From Candidatus Bathyarchaeota archaeon (GTDB taxonomy: Archaea > Thermoproteota > Bathyarchaeia > TCS64), in the NCBI GenBank assembly GCA_963771885.1, contig CAVYVF010000002.1:320001-384000 (forward strand): 64,000 bases of DNA, written 5' to 3'. The notes below the pieces were generated by a model. The model worked only from the letters and a program-made list of their open reading frames with translations. It was not told the DNA's origin and searched no databases. The translations under genes and the position numbers were made by a program. This document shows positions 39,101-49,521 of the stretch, piece by piece (the stretch's first letter is position 1; the number at the start of each line of letters is the position of its first letter).

Positions 39101-40354
39101 ATGGCATTCGGCGAGCACACATCTAAGTCGATTATCGGCAGCAGGTCGCATGAGCTTCTTGGTAAACGGATAATTCTATGCGTGACGGGGAGCGTCGCGG
39201 TTATCCGCAGCCCTGACATCGCCAGAGACCTGATGCGCCGCGGCGCGGACGTTTACGTTGTCATGTCTAAGATGGCGGAGCAAATGGTGCACCCCGATAT
39301 GTTTCATTGGGCGACGGGCAACCCCGTCGTCACGGAGCTGACTGGGGACATCGAGCACGTCCAGTACGGCGGTGAGCACAAGGAGCACGCCGACCTGATA
39401 CTCGTAGCGCCATCGACGGCGAACACAATTGGCAAGGTGGCTGCGGGAATAGATGATACACCGGTTACTACTTTGCTCACGACAGCGATCGGCGCCGGCA
39501 TACCAGTGATAATCGCCCCCGCTATGCACGCAAGCATGTACAAGCACAGGATAGTCAACGATAACATCGCCAAGCTCCAGGGTATAGGTATCGAGGTTCT
39601 CATGCCCCGCTTCGAGGAGGGAAAAGCAAAGATACCTGGCACCGAGGAAATAGTCGACGCCGTCGTCAGGAAGCTGACTAGGCCGAAGGACCTCGCGGGT
39701 AGGCGCATCCTCATCACAGCGGGGCCCACGCGCGCCTATATCGACGCCTTTCGCTACATTACAAACCCGAGCTCGGGCAAGATGGGCGTCGCCATCGCCG
39801 AGGATGCCCTAGAGCGCGGAGCGGAAGTGACACTCATCTACGGACCCGCCACAGTCCCGCCGCCACCGGACGCCCGTGTAGTCAAAATAGAGACGACCGA
39901 GCAGATGCTCGACACAGTCGTCTCAGAGCTCAAGGCGAAAAAGTACGACGCAGCCATCCTATCCGCCGCCGCCAGCGACTGGGGGCCCTCGGACCGCAAG
40001 ATGGAGAAGACCTCCTCTGACAAAGGCGTGTGGACGCTCAAGCTCAAGGCACTCCCCAAGATCATCGCCGAGGTCAAGAAGACCGACCCCGACGTCTTCC
40101 TCGTCGGCTTCAAGGCCGAGTTTAACATTACCGAAGAGGAGCTCGTCGAGAGGAGCTACAAGCGCCTCAAGGAGATGAAGATGAACCTCATAGTGGCCAA
40201 TGACGTTTCGAAGGAGAACCGGGGCTTTAACGTCGACACCAACGAGGTCTACATCGTGGACCCAAAGCGGAAAGTCCTTCACATAGGGCTCACGTCGAAG
40301 AGGGAGATAGCCGGTAGGCTCCTCGACGTCGTCAAGACGCAGCTAAAGGCTTAA
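39101..40354 (+). CDS. coaBC: Phosphopantothenoylcysteine decarboxylase/ligase
   Basis: TGSVA, APSTANTIGK, PAMH..MY, TAGPT, NPSSGKMG, VGFKAE, IVANDV. Confidence 0.95.
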   Translation: MAFGEHTSKSIIGSRSHELLGKRIILCVTGSVAVIRSPDIARDLMRRGADVYVVMSKMAEQMVHPDMFHWATGNPVVTELTGDIEHVQYGGEHKEHADLILVAPSTANTIGKVAAGIDDTPVTTLLTTAIGAGIPVIIAPAMHASMYKHRIVNDNIAKLQGIGIEVLMPRFEEGKAKIPGTEEIVDAVVRKLTRPKDLAGRRILITAGPTRAYIDAFRYITNPSSGKMGVAIAEDALERGAEVTLIYGPATVPPPPDARVVKIETTEQMLDTVVSELKAKKYDAAILSAAASDWGPSDRKMEKTSSDKGVWTLKLKALPKIIAEVKKTDPDVFLVGFKAEFNITEEELVERSYKRLKEMKMNLIVANDVSKENRGFNVDTNEVYIVDPKRKVLHIGLTSKREIAGRLLDVVKTQLKA

Positions 40355-40381
40355 GCCAACTCCCCCGAACAATTCTCCGCC

Positions 40382-41590
40382 TTGGGCGAAATACGATTCT
40401 CCTACATCGAGCGCGACATGCTTGACCAGTACACCGAGCTTCTACGCCTCGCCTTCCCCGATGAGGGTGTTGATGTCCTCGGCAAGCGTCTCTATGAAAA
40501 CCACCCCGAGATGACTGCGCGGAACTTCTACGCACTCTGGGACGGCTACACGATGGTCGCGACGCTCAACATCATCCCCCAGACATGGAGCATTGGTGGT
40601 GTCCCCCTCCGGATGGCAGAGATGGGACTCGTCGCCACGCACCCCAGCTACAGGGGCAGGGGACTGCAAAGAAGGCTCAACGCTGAGTTTGACAAACAGA
40701 CTAAGGTGGAAGGGTACCACCTTGCGGGGCTAGAAGGCATCCCCTACTTCTACAGGCAGTTTGGTTTCGAGTATGCGGTACCGCTCGACGAGAACGCCAC
40801 GATCCCCCTCGCTAAACTACCGTATGAGGGCTCGCCACTCTTCTCCCCCCTCCTCCAGAGCGAGATACCTCAGGCGATGAAGCTCCTCGAAAATGTGCAG
40901 AAGCAATACACCGTTTACAGCATCAGGAGCCTCCGCGAATGGGAGACTCAGGAAAAAACCTGCTGGGTGGGAGAGCATAACAGCACCACCCACGCCCTGA
41001 GAGAAGGTGGTAAGCTCAAGGCATACGTCAGAGTCGAGACCAAGGACAAGAAGATACTTCTCCACGAGCACGTCGGCGTAGACGCGAAGACCTCACCGGG
41101 AGTCGCTGCGTTTCTCCTCCGCCTCGGCGAAGAGAAAGGCGCCACCGACCTCGTTTCCCGCGAGTCCTACTCGGAACCATTCAGCGAATACCTGCTAAAG
41201 CTCGGCGCATCGAGACGTGCTGCCTACGCGTGGCAGATGAAGGTAGTCGACCACAAGCGAACACTGGAAACGCTCGCCCCCGTCTACGAGGAGCGGATAG
41301 AGAAGTCACCGCTCAAGGGCTACACCGGTTCCATACCCTTCAACTTCTACAAAGTAGCCGTCTCAATATCTTTCAAGAACGGCAAGTTCGAAGGAGCCGT
41401 CGAGGTCCCTGCCGAGCAGAAGGGGGATATTCTCATCAACCCGCAGGTCTTCCCCAAGCTACTTCTCGCATATCGCTCGCTGGATGAAGTCATGGCGGAG
41501 TACCCCGACATCCGCATTAAGCCCGAGTACATACCGATCATTGCAACTCTCTTCCCGAAGGGCGAGGCACATATCCACACTTGTTACTAA
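40382..41590 (+). CDS. GNAT acetyltransferase (Eis-like)
   Basis: VATHPSYRGRGL, FYRQFGF, ~400 aa with SCP-like tail. Confidence 0.82.
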   Translation: MGEIRFSYIERDMLDQYTELLRLAFPDEGVDVLGKRLYENHPEMTARNFYALWDGYTMVATLNIIPQTWSIGGVPLRMAEMGLVATHPSYRGRGLQRRLNAEFDKQTKVEGYHLAGLEGIPYFYRQFGFEYAVPLDENATIPLAKLPYEGSPLFSPLLQSEIPQAMKLLENVQKQYTVYSIRSLREWETQEKTCWVGEHNSTTHALREGGKLKAYVRVETKDKKILLHEHVGVDAKTSPGVAAFLLRLGEEKGATDLVSRESYSEPFSEYLLKLGASRRAAYAWQMKVVDHKRTLETLAPVYEERIEKSPLKGYTGSIPFNFYKVAVSISFKNGKFEGAVEVPAEQKGDILINPQVFPKLLLAYRSLDEVMAEYPDIRIKPEYIPIIATLFPKGEAHIHTCY

Positions 41591-41917
41591 GCAGATCTAA
41601 AGCGCCAAGGCACATTTTGTATAGATTGACGGAATAATGATGGAAAATAGAGCGGCAGATCATTGAGACTAACGTATATCATGTGGTCGCGCCTTACATT
41701 GGCCCAAAATTCAGAACAAACTTGGTCAAGGTCGCGCGCGCCCAATATAAGGACAATTTAGCGCGCAATATGGCTCTTTCACCAGAAATAAGCCCGGAAA
41801 CGGCTCCGACGGTAAATAAATCGCGTCAAAACGAGTACACTCTGTATAAGCCATCTAAAAAAAGGGCGTTAACATAGATGCTTTTTAAGTCACACCCCCC
41901 AACACAGCTACGACCAG

Positions 41918-43153
41918 ATGCCCGAAGAAGTCAGACCCAAGCAAGCCCTCAAGGGGCGAGCAATAATCTGCATGCTAAAGACAAACGTGCACGACCACAA
42001 GATATATCGTGTACGCCTCGACGAGATACGCTCACTAGTAAAAGCCCTCGGGCTTGAGGTCATCGACGAGATCGTCCAGACACGCTATCGCCCCTTCGAG
42101 CGCTACTGCATAGGCAAAGGGAAGGTAGGCGAGATTGCAAAGCGTGTCAAGAAGCAGGACATAAACCTCATCGTGTTCTACAACCTCCTAAAGAGCAGCC
42201 AGAAACTCAACCTCATACAAGGCACCGGCTGCGATGTCATCGACCGCTACGAGCTCACCCTCGAGATATTCGATCAGATGGCTTCCGACAACCTCAGCAA
42301 ACTCCAGATTGAGTCGGCTAGGCTCGACAAACTCGCCCCATTCTACAAGCTCGCCGCCAACCTCCACTTCACACACGACCGTCCCTTCTTCCACAGCGGC
42401 GGCGAGTACGGCTTCCGCGGGCAACTAAGGGAGATATCGAGACGCCAGTCTGACATCAAGGAAAACATAGAAGGCCTCATGATCGAGAAGAGACACCAGA
42501 TAGAGAACCGCGCCAAGCTCGGGTACCCAACCATCTGCATCTCCGGCTTCTATAACGCTGGGAAGACCAGTCTCTTTAATGCCCTCACGGGCGAGCACAA
42601 GCCCGTCAGCGACAGACCCTTCACGACCCTCAGCAGCAAGTACTCGAAGCGCTACATCGACGCAGAGACCACCGTCCTATTCGTCGACACGATCGGTTTC
42701 GTCCTCGACCTCGACCACCGCCTCATTAAAAGCTTTCAGCTCAACTTCGAGGACATCCGTAGCGCCGATGTCGTCATACTGCTTTTCGAGATAACCGATC
42801 CAGCCCTCACACTCCGGCTCAAGCTCGCCGAGGGAGTAAGTATCCTTCGAGACATCGGCGTCCTTCTCCAGCGCGTGATCATAGTGTTCAACAAGGTTGA
42901 CAAGGCGTCCCCAGAGACCGTAAAAGAAGTCGAGGAGGAACTAGGCCTAGACCATTACGACGTACCCTGGACGACTGTATCCGCCGACAAACGGACCAAC
43001 ATAAAAGGGCTGCTCGACCTGATCGCTTGGAAGATCAAGGACCTGAAAGATAAGCCCCTCGAGCCCGAACTTCCCTTCGAGACGCCCGAGCCGGAGGTGG
43101 AACCCGAGGAGGTAGTGGGAGACCCTGACGAGGAAGACGAGGACGAGAGCTGA
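41918..43153 (+). CDS. hflX: HflX-family GTPase
   Basis: IGKGK, IDRYELTLEIF, GFYNAGKTSLFN, FTTL, DTIGF, NKVD. Confidence 0.88.
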   Translation: MPEEVRPKQALKGRAIICMLKTNVHDHKIYRVRLDEIRSLVKALGLEVIDEIVQTRYRPFERYCIGKGKVGEIAKRVKKQDINLIVFYNLLKSSQKLNLIQGTGCDVIDRYELTLEIFDQMASDNLSKLQIESARLDKLAPFYKLAANLHFTHDRPFFHSGGEYGFRGQLREISRRQSDIKENIEGLMIEKRHQIENRAKLGYPTICISGFYNAGKTSLFNALTGEHKPVSDRPFTTLSSKYSKRYIDAETTVLFVDTIGFVLDLDHRLIKSFQLNFEDIRSADVVILLFEITDPALTLRLKLAEGVSILRDIGVLLQRVIIVFNKVDKASPETVKEVEEELGLDHYDVPWTTVSADKRTNIKGLLDLIAWKIKDLKDKPLEPELPFETPEPEVEPEEVVGDPDEEDEDES

Positions 43154-43856
43154 GGAGGCAATCCGCCGCGTCCTACGCGCAAACGAAAGGACGTGGACCC
43201 CCAGCCACGGCGACCAATTCAAGACACTTGTCAGAACTATCCTAAGCCAGAACACCAACTGGCGCAACGAGGACACCGCCTACAGGCGCCTCGAAGAACT
43301 AATCGGCGTCACTCCCCAAAAACTCGCATCAGCGCCACTACAAGAGATCGCCGAGGCGATCAAGCCCGCGGGCATGTACAACATCCGGAGCCGAGTCATC
43401 AAACAAGTCTCAGAGCAAGTCCTTGAGAGGTTCAGCGGAGACCTAACCAGGACGGTCTCCAAGTCCTACCCCGAGGCACGCGAGGTGCTCATGACCCTAC
43501 CTGGAGTCGGCGAGAAGACCGCCGACGTCGTCCTCCTCTTCACCGCTGGGAAGCGTGTTATCCCCGTCGACCGCCACATCGCGAGGATAGCAAAGAGGCT
43601 CAAACTCATCCCCGCAAACGCCCCGTACGACGCGATCCGCCGTACACTTGAGGAAGCCACGCCCCCCGAAACATATCTGGACACACACATCAAACTCATA
43701 CAGTTTGGAAGAGACACATGCAGAGCCCAGAACCCCCGATGCATCATATGCATTCTCAGAGACACCTGCCCTTACCCTCAACGGGAAGCCACGGAACGAC
43801 CCCCAGCCGACAAGCAACCCCAAACCAAGCCTGGAAACAAAAAACAGACCAAATAG
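43125..43856 (+). CDS. nth: Endonuclease III (HhH-GPD, 4Fe-4S)
   Basis: FKTLVRTILSQNT upstream of the called ATG, LPGVGEKTAD, VDRH, C-x6-C-x2-C-x5-C; start inferred at CTG. Confidence 0.9.
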   Translation: MTRKTRTRAEEAIRRVLRANERTWTPSHGDQFKTLVRTILSQNTNWRNEDTAYRRLEELIGVTPQKLASAPLQEIAEAIKPAGMYNIRSRVIKQVSEQVLERFSGDLTRTVSKSYPEAREVLMTLPGVGEKTADVVLLFTAGKRVIPVDRHIARIAKRLKLIPANAPYDAIRRTLEEATPPETYLDTHIKLIQFGRDTCRAQNPRCIICILRDTCPYPQREATERPPADKQPQTKPGNKKQTK

Positions 43857-43938
43857 GCGATTGTCCACCAATATACGAATCATTTAAATGTAAGACTCGC
43901 TGATTCACTACAGCTAACGAAAATAAGGAGAGGCTACG

Positions 43939-44949
43939 ATGCCTAGGCCACGTTCACCTAGAAAAGGATCAAAGTCATATTATCCTAGACGCAGGGCAAG
44001 CAACTTCAACGGACGCATCCAGCATTGGCCGGATGTAACAGAGGGTCCCCAGCTCCTAGGCTTCGCAGGATACAAGGCGGGGATGACCCACCTCTACCAG
44101 ATAGAGGACAGGGCCAAGGTCCCCGAGTTCGGTCAAGAGGTAAAGGTCGCGGGAACAGTCATCGAGGCGCCACCGATGCTTGTATGCGCCGTACGCAGTT
44201 ACAGGACGACGTACGACGGATACAAGGTACTTACGGAGGCTTGGATGCCTGAGCTCTCGAAGGACCTGCAAAAGGCTGTCAAGATCAAGAAGACAGCGGA
44301 TACCGCCAAGGAGCTAGAAAAGCTCATCTCCACAAAGGATAAGGCGAAGCAGATCCGCATAATCGCTGCCACACAACCAAAACTCGCCTCACTTGAGCTG
44401 AATACCCCTGACCTAATCGAGATCGCTGTCGGCGGTGGAAGCATCGACCAGCAGCTTGAATTCGTGAAGGGGCTTCTTGGAAAGACGATCTCCGCTACAC
44501 AGGTCTTCAAGCCCGGCGAATCAATCGACCTCTCAGGCGTCACGAAGGGCAAGGGATTCCAGGGCCCAGTAAAGAGGTTCGGAATCCGCATACTACAGAA
44601 CAAGTCACGCAAATCCATCAGAGCAGTCGCATCAATTGCCCCCGTGGCACCCAGAACGATCCACCCACACGTCGCGCGCGCTGGCCAGATGGGAAGTCAC
44701 CAGCGCGTCGACTTCAACAAACGTATACTACTACTCGGAAGCGACGGGAACAGGGTCAGCCCAGCAGGCGGATTCAACCGGTACGGCCAGGTCAAGAGTG
44801 AATACATAGTCATCAAGGGGAGCGTCCAGGGCACGCCCAAGAGGCTAATCCGCATGAGGAAGGCAGTTAGGGCTTCATCATACCCCGAGACAGCACCCCA
44901 GATTACATACGTAGGCACCGAGTGGGGTAAGGAGAAGACCGCACAATGA
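43939..44949 (+). CDS. rpl3: 50S ribosomal protein uL3
   Basis: PRKGS, FAGYKAGMTH, TKGKGFQGPVKRFG, AGQMG. Confidence 0.97.
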   Translation: MPRPRSPRKGSKSYYPRRRASNFNGRIQHWPDVTEGPQLLGFAGYKAGMTHLYQIEDRAKVPEFGQEVKVAGTVIEAPPMLVCAVRSYRTTYDGYKVLTEAWMPELSKDLQKAVKIKKTADTAKELEKLISTKDKAKQIRIIAATQPKLASLELNTPDLIEIAVGGGSIDQQLEFVKGLLGKTISATQVFKPGESIDLSGVTKGKGFQGPVKRFGIRILQNKSRKSIRAVASIAPVAPRTIHPHVARAGQMGSHQRVDFNKRILLLGSDGNRVSPAGGFNRYGQVKSEYIVIKGSVQGTPKRLIRMRKAVRASSYPETAPQITYVGTEWGKEKTAQ

Positions 44950-45710
44950 AGATCCCAGTATTAAACCTCGCGAACGAAAAGGTCGATGAAGTCGACCTCC
45001 CGAAGATCTTCGAGACCCCCATTAAGCCAGACGTGATCCGTAGGGCGGTCATCGCTCAGCAGAGCCACGACTTCCAGCCACAGGGACGCGACCCGATGGC
45101 GGGCAAGAGGAACACGGCTCTCAGCAGGGGAACTGGTCACGGTCAGGCTCGTCTCCCACGCCTCAAGCAGAGTGGTAAGGCAGACTTTGCCGTACAGGCA
45201 GTAGGTGGACACCTCTCAACACCCCCAAAGTCCGAGAAAGTTACAGTCAAAAGAATCAACAAAAAGGAGCGCCGCTTGGCGATCAGGTCCGGAATCGCGG
45301 CGACAGCCGACAAGACAGTAGTCGCGGCACGTGGACACAATATCGAGGGCGTCGCTCAGCTACCACTCGTCCTCGATGACGCGCTAGAAGGCGTTCAGAA
45401 GACGAAGGATGTGCAAGACCTATTCACAAAGATTGGCATCTGGGCCGATGTAGAGCGCGCCGACCGCAAGGGCACACGCGCCGGAAGAGGTAATATGAGG
45501 GGCAGAGGTAAAAAGATCGGGAAGGGACCTCTAATCGTCATCACCGAGGACAAAGGTTTAAGCAACGCGGCGAAGAACCTGCCCGGTGTCGACGTTACAG
45601 TCCTCAGGAACCTCAACGCCGAGCTACTCGCACCCGGCGCCAATGCCGGAAGACTTGTCGTCTGGGCTAAGTCAGCTTTTAACGCCCTCGACGAAACCTG
45701 GGAGGAATAA
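44946..45710 (+). CDS. rpl4: 50S ribosomal protein uL4
   Basis: QPQGRDPMAG, GTGHGQARLPR, INKKERR, LAPG. Confidence 0.97.
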   Translation: MKIPVLNLANEKVDEVDLPKIFETPIKPDVIRRAVIAQQSHDFQPQGRDPMAGKRNTALSRGTGHGQARLPRLKQSGKADFAVQAVGGHLSTPPKSEKVTVKRINKKERRLAIRSGIAATADKTVVAARGHNIEGVAQLPLVLDDALEGVQKTKDVQDLFTKIGIWADVERADRKGTRAGRGNMRGRGKKIGKGPLIVITEDKGLSNAAKNLPGVDVTVLRNLNAELLAPGANAGRLVVWAKSAFNALDETWEE

Positions 45711-45712
45711 AC

Positions 45713-45973
45713 ATGCTGGCACACGATATCATAAAGTACCCGACGATGACAGAGCGCAGCGTCTACATGATAGAGAACGAGAACAAGCTCATCTTCATAG
45801 TAGAGCGTGAAGCAACGAAGAACCAGATAGCCGCAGCCATGAAGGAACTCTACCAGGTCGAGGCGAAGGAGATCAACACACTCATAGACAGGCAGGGCAA
45901 GAAGAAGGCCTTTATAAAACTCAAGGAAGGCTTCAGCGCCTCTGAGGTCGCAATCAAACTCGGAATATTGTAG
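45713..45973 (+). CDS. rpl23: 50S ribosomal protein uL23
   Basis: TERS, ENKLIFIV, ATKNQI, KKAFIKL. Confidence 0.96.
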   Translation: MLAHDIIKYPTMTERSVYMIENENKLIFIVEREATKNQIAAAMKELYQVEAKEINTLIDRQGKKKAFIKLKEGFSASEVAIKLGIL

Positions 45974-45983
45974 GTGTGGATAG

Positions 45984-46718
45984 ATGGGAAAACGAATTAA
46001 GGTACAACGCCGCGGACGCGGGACACCCGTGTTCCAAGGCGCACACACAGGCAAGATAGCACAGGCAAGATACCCCGAGATGTCTAAGGAGTCCCTACGC
46101 GGAACCGTCACGGACATAATTCACGAGTCGGGTCGCGTCGCTCCACTTGCAGTGATCGAGCTAGCAAACGGTGAGACCTTCTACTCTGCAGCCCCCGAAG
46201 GCACACACGTCGAGCAGGAAATCGTAATCGGTGCAGATGCGCCGCTAGCGGTTGGAAACGTCATCCCACTGGGCAAGGTCCCAGAGGGAACTCTCGTCAA
46301 CAACCTCGAACTGAAGCCTGGAGACGGCGGGAGAATTGTGCGTGCATCAGGCGCCTACGCGACAGTCATCGCCCATAACCTCGGCAAGACCGTCGTCAAA
46401 CTACCATCAAAGAAGAGCATACAGCTCCCAGCCGAGTCGCGCGCAACTATCGGAGTAATTTCTGGAGGCGGACGCCTCGAGAAGCCACGCCTTAAGGCAG
46501 GCGAGGGACACCACTTCGCCAAGGCGAACAACAAGGTCTTCCCGACGGCGCACGGCGTAAAGATGACTGCGTCAAGCCACCCTCATGGCGGTGGTCGACA
46601 CAGGCGTCCCGGTAAATCCACGACTGTCGGCCGCAGGGCACCTCCGGGTGCGAAAGTCGGCCTCATCGCTGCGAGGACCTCGGGTAAAGGCGGATCGAAG
46701 CGTCAGAGGTCTCTCTAA
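45984..46718 (+). CDS. rpl2: 50S ribosomal protein uL2
   Basis: MGKRIKVQRRGRG, PGDGG, HPHGGG, PPGAKVG. Confidence 0.97.
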   Translation: MGKRIKVQRRGRGTPVFQGAHTGKIAQARYPEMSKESLRGTVTDIIHESGRVAPLAVIELANGETFYSAAPEGTHVEQEIVIGADAPLAVGNVIPLGKVPEGTLVNNLELKPGDGGRIVRASGAYATVIAHNLGKTVVKLPSKKSIQLPAESRATIGVISGGGRLEKPRLKAGEGHHFAKANNKVFPTAHGVKMTASSHPHGGGRHRRPGKSTTVGRRAPPGAKVGLIAARTSGKGGSKRQRSL

Positions 46719-46759
46719 CCAACACGATTAAATAAAACGAAATGATGGAGTGAAGACGA

Positions 46760-47143
46760 ATGCCAAAGAACTTCCAATACCGGGGTAGAAGCGTCGACGA
46801 GCTTAAAGCCATGTCAATGGATGAGTTCATCAACCTCCTACCAAGCCGCATGAGGCGAAGCCTGCGCAGGGGACTTAGCAACGAGCAAAAGATAGTCCTC
46901 GAGCACCTAAGAAGGGATGACGGTAAACCCATAAAGACCCACGCAAGGGATATGGTCGTCCTTCCGGAGATGGTTGGAAAATCCATCTCTGTCCACAGTG
47001 GCCAGGAGTTCGTAGAGCTAAGGATCAACGAGAAAATGCTCGGCCACTACCTCGGCGAGTTTATAATCACGAACAAACTCGTCCGTCACGGAAAACCAGG
47101 CATCGGCGCGTCCAGAAGCTCAATGTACATCCCGCTGAAGTAA
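46760..47143 (+). CDS. rps19: 30S ribosomal protein uS19
   Basis: [25 protein letters not shown]. Confidence 0.97.
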   Translation: MPKNFQYRGRSVDELKAMSMDEFINLLPSRMRRSLRRGLSNEQKIVLEHLRRDDGKPIKTHARDMVVLPEMVGKSISVHSGQEFVELRINEKMLGHYLGEFIITNKLVRHGKPGIGASRSSMYIPLK

Positions 47144-47321
47144 AAAACTTCAGCATATTTTCTTCAAATACAACTTACAAGGTGGTCCTCACTAATTCAA
47201 TACACATATATACTTCCCTTTAACACTCCCAAAATCTCCTCAATATGTCCCCTCAAACCACTCCCCAAAAAGAAGCTGTAATTCTCGACATCAAGATGCC
47301 TCAGCACCCGAATTTAGATAA

Positions 47322-47336
47322 CGTTTTTATATAAAG
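47322..47336 (+). promoter_or_regulatory. TATA-box candidate for an internal promoter before rpl22
   Basis: TTTTTATATAAA about 35 nt upstream of the rpl22 start in a 225-bp spacer. Confidence 0.55.
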
Positions 47337-47368
47337 TCCCGATTTCAAGTAAGGCGAACGGTGCGCAT

Positions 47369-47830
47369 ATGCCATCCTGGAGATATTCGGTCACAGGTCT
47401 AGATCCGGACAAGACAGCAATAGCCAGCGGCAGGGATCTTAGAATTAAGCCAAAGGCTGCTAGAGAGATCTGCAACTACATTAAAGGCATGAAGCTCGAA
47501 AAGGCGAAGGAGACTCTGCAAGATGTCGTAGAGCTCAAGAAGCCAGTACCATATTACCGGTACAGGCTTAAGGTACCACACAGGGCCGAGGCACAGGGCT
47601 TCGACGCCGGCAGGTACCCTCAGAAGGCCGCCGGAGAGATATTACGTGTTCTAGACGCCGTTGAGGCGAACGCCGAGTTCAAGGGGCTCGACACCGAGCA
47701 TCTAAAGATCACGCACATCGCGGCGCATAGGGGCCGCAGGATTAGGAAGTTCATACCGCGTGCCTTTGGTAGGGCATCGCCGTACTTCAGGCACCTGACC
47801 CACATCGAGGTCGCGGTTGAGGAAGTGTAA
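47369..47830 (+). CDS. rpl22: 50S ribosomal protein uL22
   Basis: GRYPQKAA, NAEFKGLD, PRAFGRA, THIE. Confidence 0.96.
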   Translation: MPSWRYSVTGLDPDKTAIASGRDLRIKPKAAREICNYIKGMKLEKAKETLQDVVELKKPVPYYRYRLKVPHRAEAQGFDAGRYPQKAAGEILRVLDAVEANAEFKGLDTEHLKITHIAAHRGRRIRKFIPRAFGRASPYFRHLTHIEVAVEEV

Positions 47831-47832
47831 GC

Positions 47833-48700
47833 TTGTCAGTAGTCAAGAGAATTATCCGGGACAATAAGGAGCGCATGGCGGTCGACGAACTTCTCTCAAA
47901 GGAGTTCGAGGAAGCCGGCTACGGCGGAATCACACTCACAAAGACGCCGCTTGGCGCCCAGATCAACCTATACACGATGAGGCCTGGAAGGGTTATCGGC
48001 AAGAGGGGTAGAGCCATCAAGGACGCCTCCGAAAAGCTTGAGAAAAAGCTTGGCCTGACTAACCCCCAAATCACAGTCGTCGAGATAGAGGTCCCGGAAC
48101 TTAATCCCCACATCATGGCGGCACGTGTAGCCAACGCTCTCGAGCGTGGTGTACACTTCCGCAGGAGCATATTCTGGAGCCTCCGCAGGATCATGGATAG
48201 CGGGGCACTAGGATGCGAGATCATTCTCAAAGGGTCCAATTAGGAGCGCAAGGGCAAGATTCGAAAAGGTAAGCGAGGGATACATCCCCAAGGCGGGAGA
48301 GCCATCCAAAAGGTGGCTGCGCCACGCGACCATCCACGTCAAGCAGAAGAGAGGAATACTCGGCGTCACCGTGAACATCATTCCACCGGACGCAAAATTC
48401 CCCGACAAGATCTCACTTAAGGGTCTCCCCGAGATAGAGTACCCCGAGGACGAGGTTTTCATGCCCGAAGGCGTAGAGCCTGACGTGGAGGAAGCACCGG
48501 TAGTAGAACCCGTCACTCAGCTAACCGAGCAAACTGAAGTCATCGTAGAGACTCCCATAGAGGTTAAGCCCGAGGAAGTGGTCGAAGAAATCACCCCCGT
48601 CCAAGCCGAGCCCGAGACCCCACCCGAAGAGGAAAAGGTCGATGAAGAGGCGAAGATCGAGATAGCGAAAGCCGAAGAGGAGACGAAGGAGGAAAATTAG
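47833..48700 (+). CDS. rps3: 30S ribosomal protein uS3 with acidic tail; +1 indel near 48233
   Basis: RPGRVIGKRG KH motif, PELNPH, ERGVHFRR, GALGCEI, then RARFEK..GYIPKAG..GILGV. Confidence 0.95.
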
Positions 48701-48907
48701 TTGCCGGTAATAAGACTCGACGAGATAAGGGAGATGACTTCCGAGCAGAGGAAAGCGAAACTTGAGGAGATAAAGACTGAACTCTCCAAGATCAAGACCC
48801 TCATAAAGGCAGGTGGCTCTGTAGAGAACCCCGGTAAAGCGAAGGCGCTGAAGAAAGCAGTAGCCAAGATTGAGACAATCATCCACGAGGAGGCGTCCAA
48901 GCAGTGA
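48701..48907 (+). CDS. rpl29: 50S ribosomal protein uL29
   Basis: EIREM, ENPGK, KKAVAKIET. Confidence 0.93.
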   Translation: MPVIRLDEIREMTSEQRKAKLEEIKTELSKIKTLIKAGGSVENPGKAKALKKAVAKIETIIHEEASKQ

Positions 48908-49188
48908 CGCCGGTAACCGCTGATAACATTACTCGCCACGAGCTCATCGGGCTCGAAGCGAAGATCAGCGGTGCCAATAACAAGAGTCAGAACAGGATCA
49001 AGGGATTAGTCACAGTAGAGACGCGCAACACCCTTACGATAAGTCACGGCAAAAAGGAGATGACCGTGGCGAAGGATGGAGCGTCCTTCATTTTCAACCT
49101 TGGCGATACCTCGGTTGAGGTAGAGGGCAAGGCCCTCATCGGTCGACCAGAAGACCGTGTAAAGAAAAAGTCGAAAAGAGATTGGTAG
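48904..49188 (+). CDS. rnp1: RNase P protein component 1 (Rpp29)
   Basis: HELIGL, G.V..ETRNTL, GRPEDR. Confidence 0.93.
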   Translation: MTPVTADNITRHELIGLEAKISGANNKSQNRIKGLVTVETRNTLTISHGKKEMTVAKDGASFIFNLGDTSVEVEGKALIGRPEDRVKKKSKRDW

Positions 49189-49203
49189 GGCGAACGAGTT
49201 TTG

Positions 49204-49518
49204 ATGAGCCTTAAAAGACCCGAGAACGAGTGTAGTGACCCAGACTGCCCATTCCATGGCTCCCTAGCGGTGAGGGGGCGGGTATTGGACGGTGTGGTGG
49301 TTAGCGACAGGATGACAAAGACTGTCGTTATCCGCATCGACTACACCAGATTCAACAGGAAATACGAGCGCTACGCGCGAGCGAGCAGCCGCATCACCGC
49401 ACACAACCCCCCATGCATCGACGCGAAGAGAGGGGAACGGGTCAGAATTGCCGAGTGTAGACCACTCAGCAAGACCAAGTCCTTCTGCGTCGTAGAAAAA
49501 CTGGCCGAGGAGGCTTGA
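49204..49518 (+). CDS. rps17: 30S ribosomal protein uS17
   Basis: CPFHG, VRGR, KYERY, ECRPLSKTKSF. Confidence 0.96.
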   Translation: MSLKRPENECSDPDCPFHGSLAVRGRVLDGVVVSDRMTKTVVIRIDYTRFNRKYERYARASSRITAHNPPCIDAKRGERVRIAECRPLSKTKSFCVVEKLAEEA

Positions 49519-49521
49519 TGA

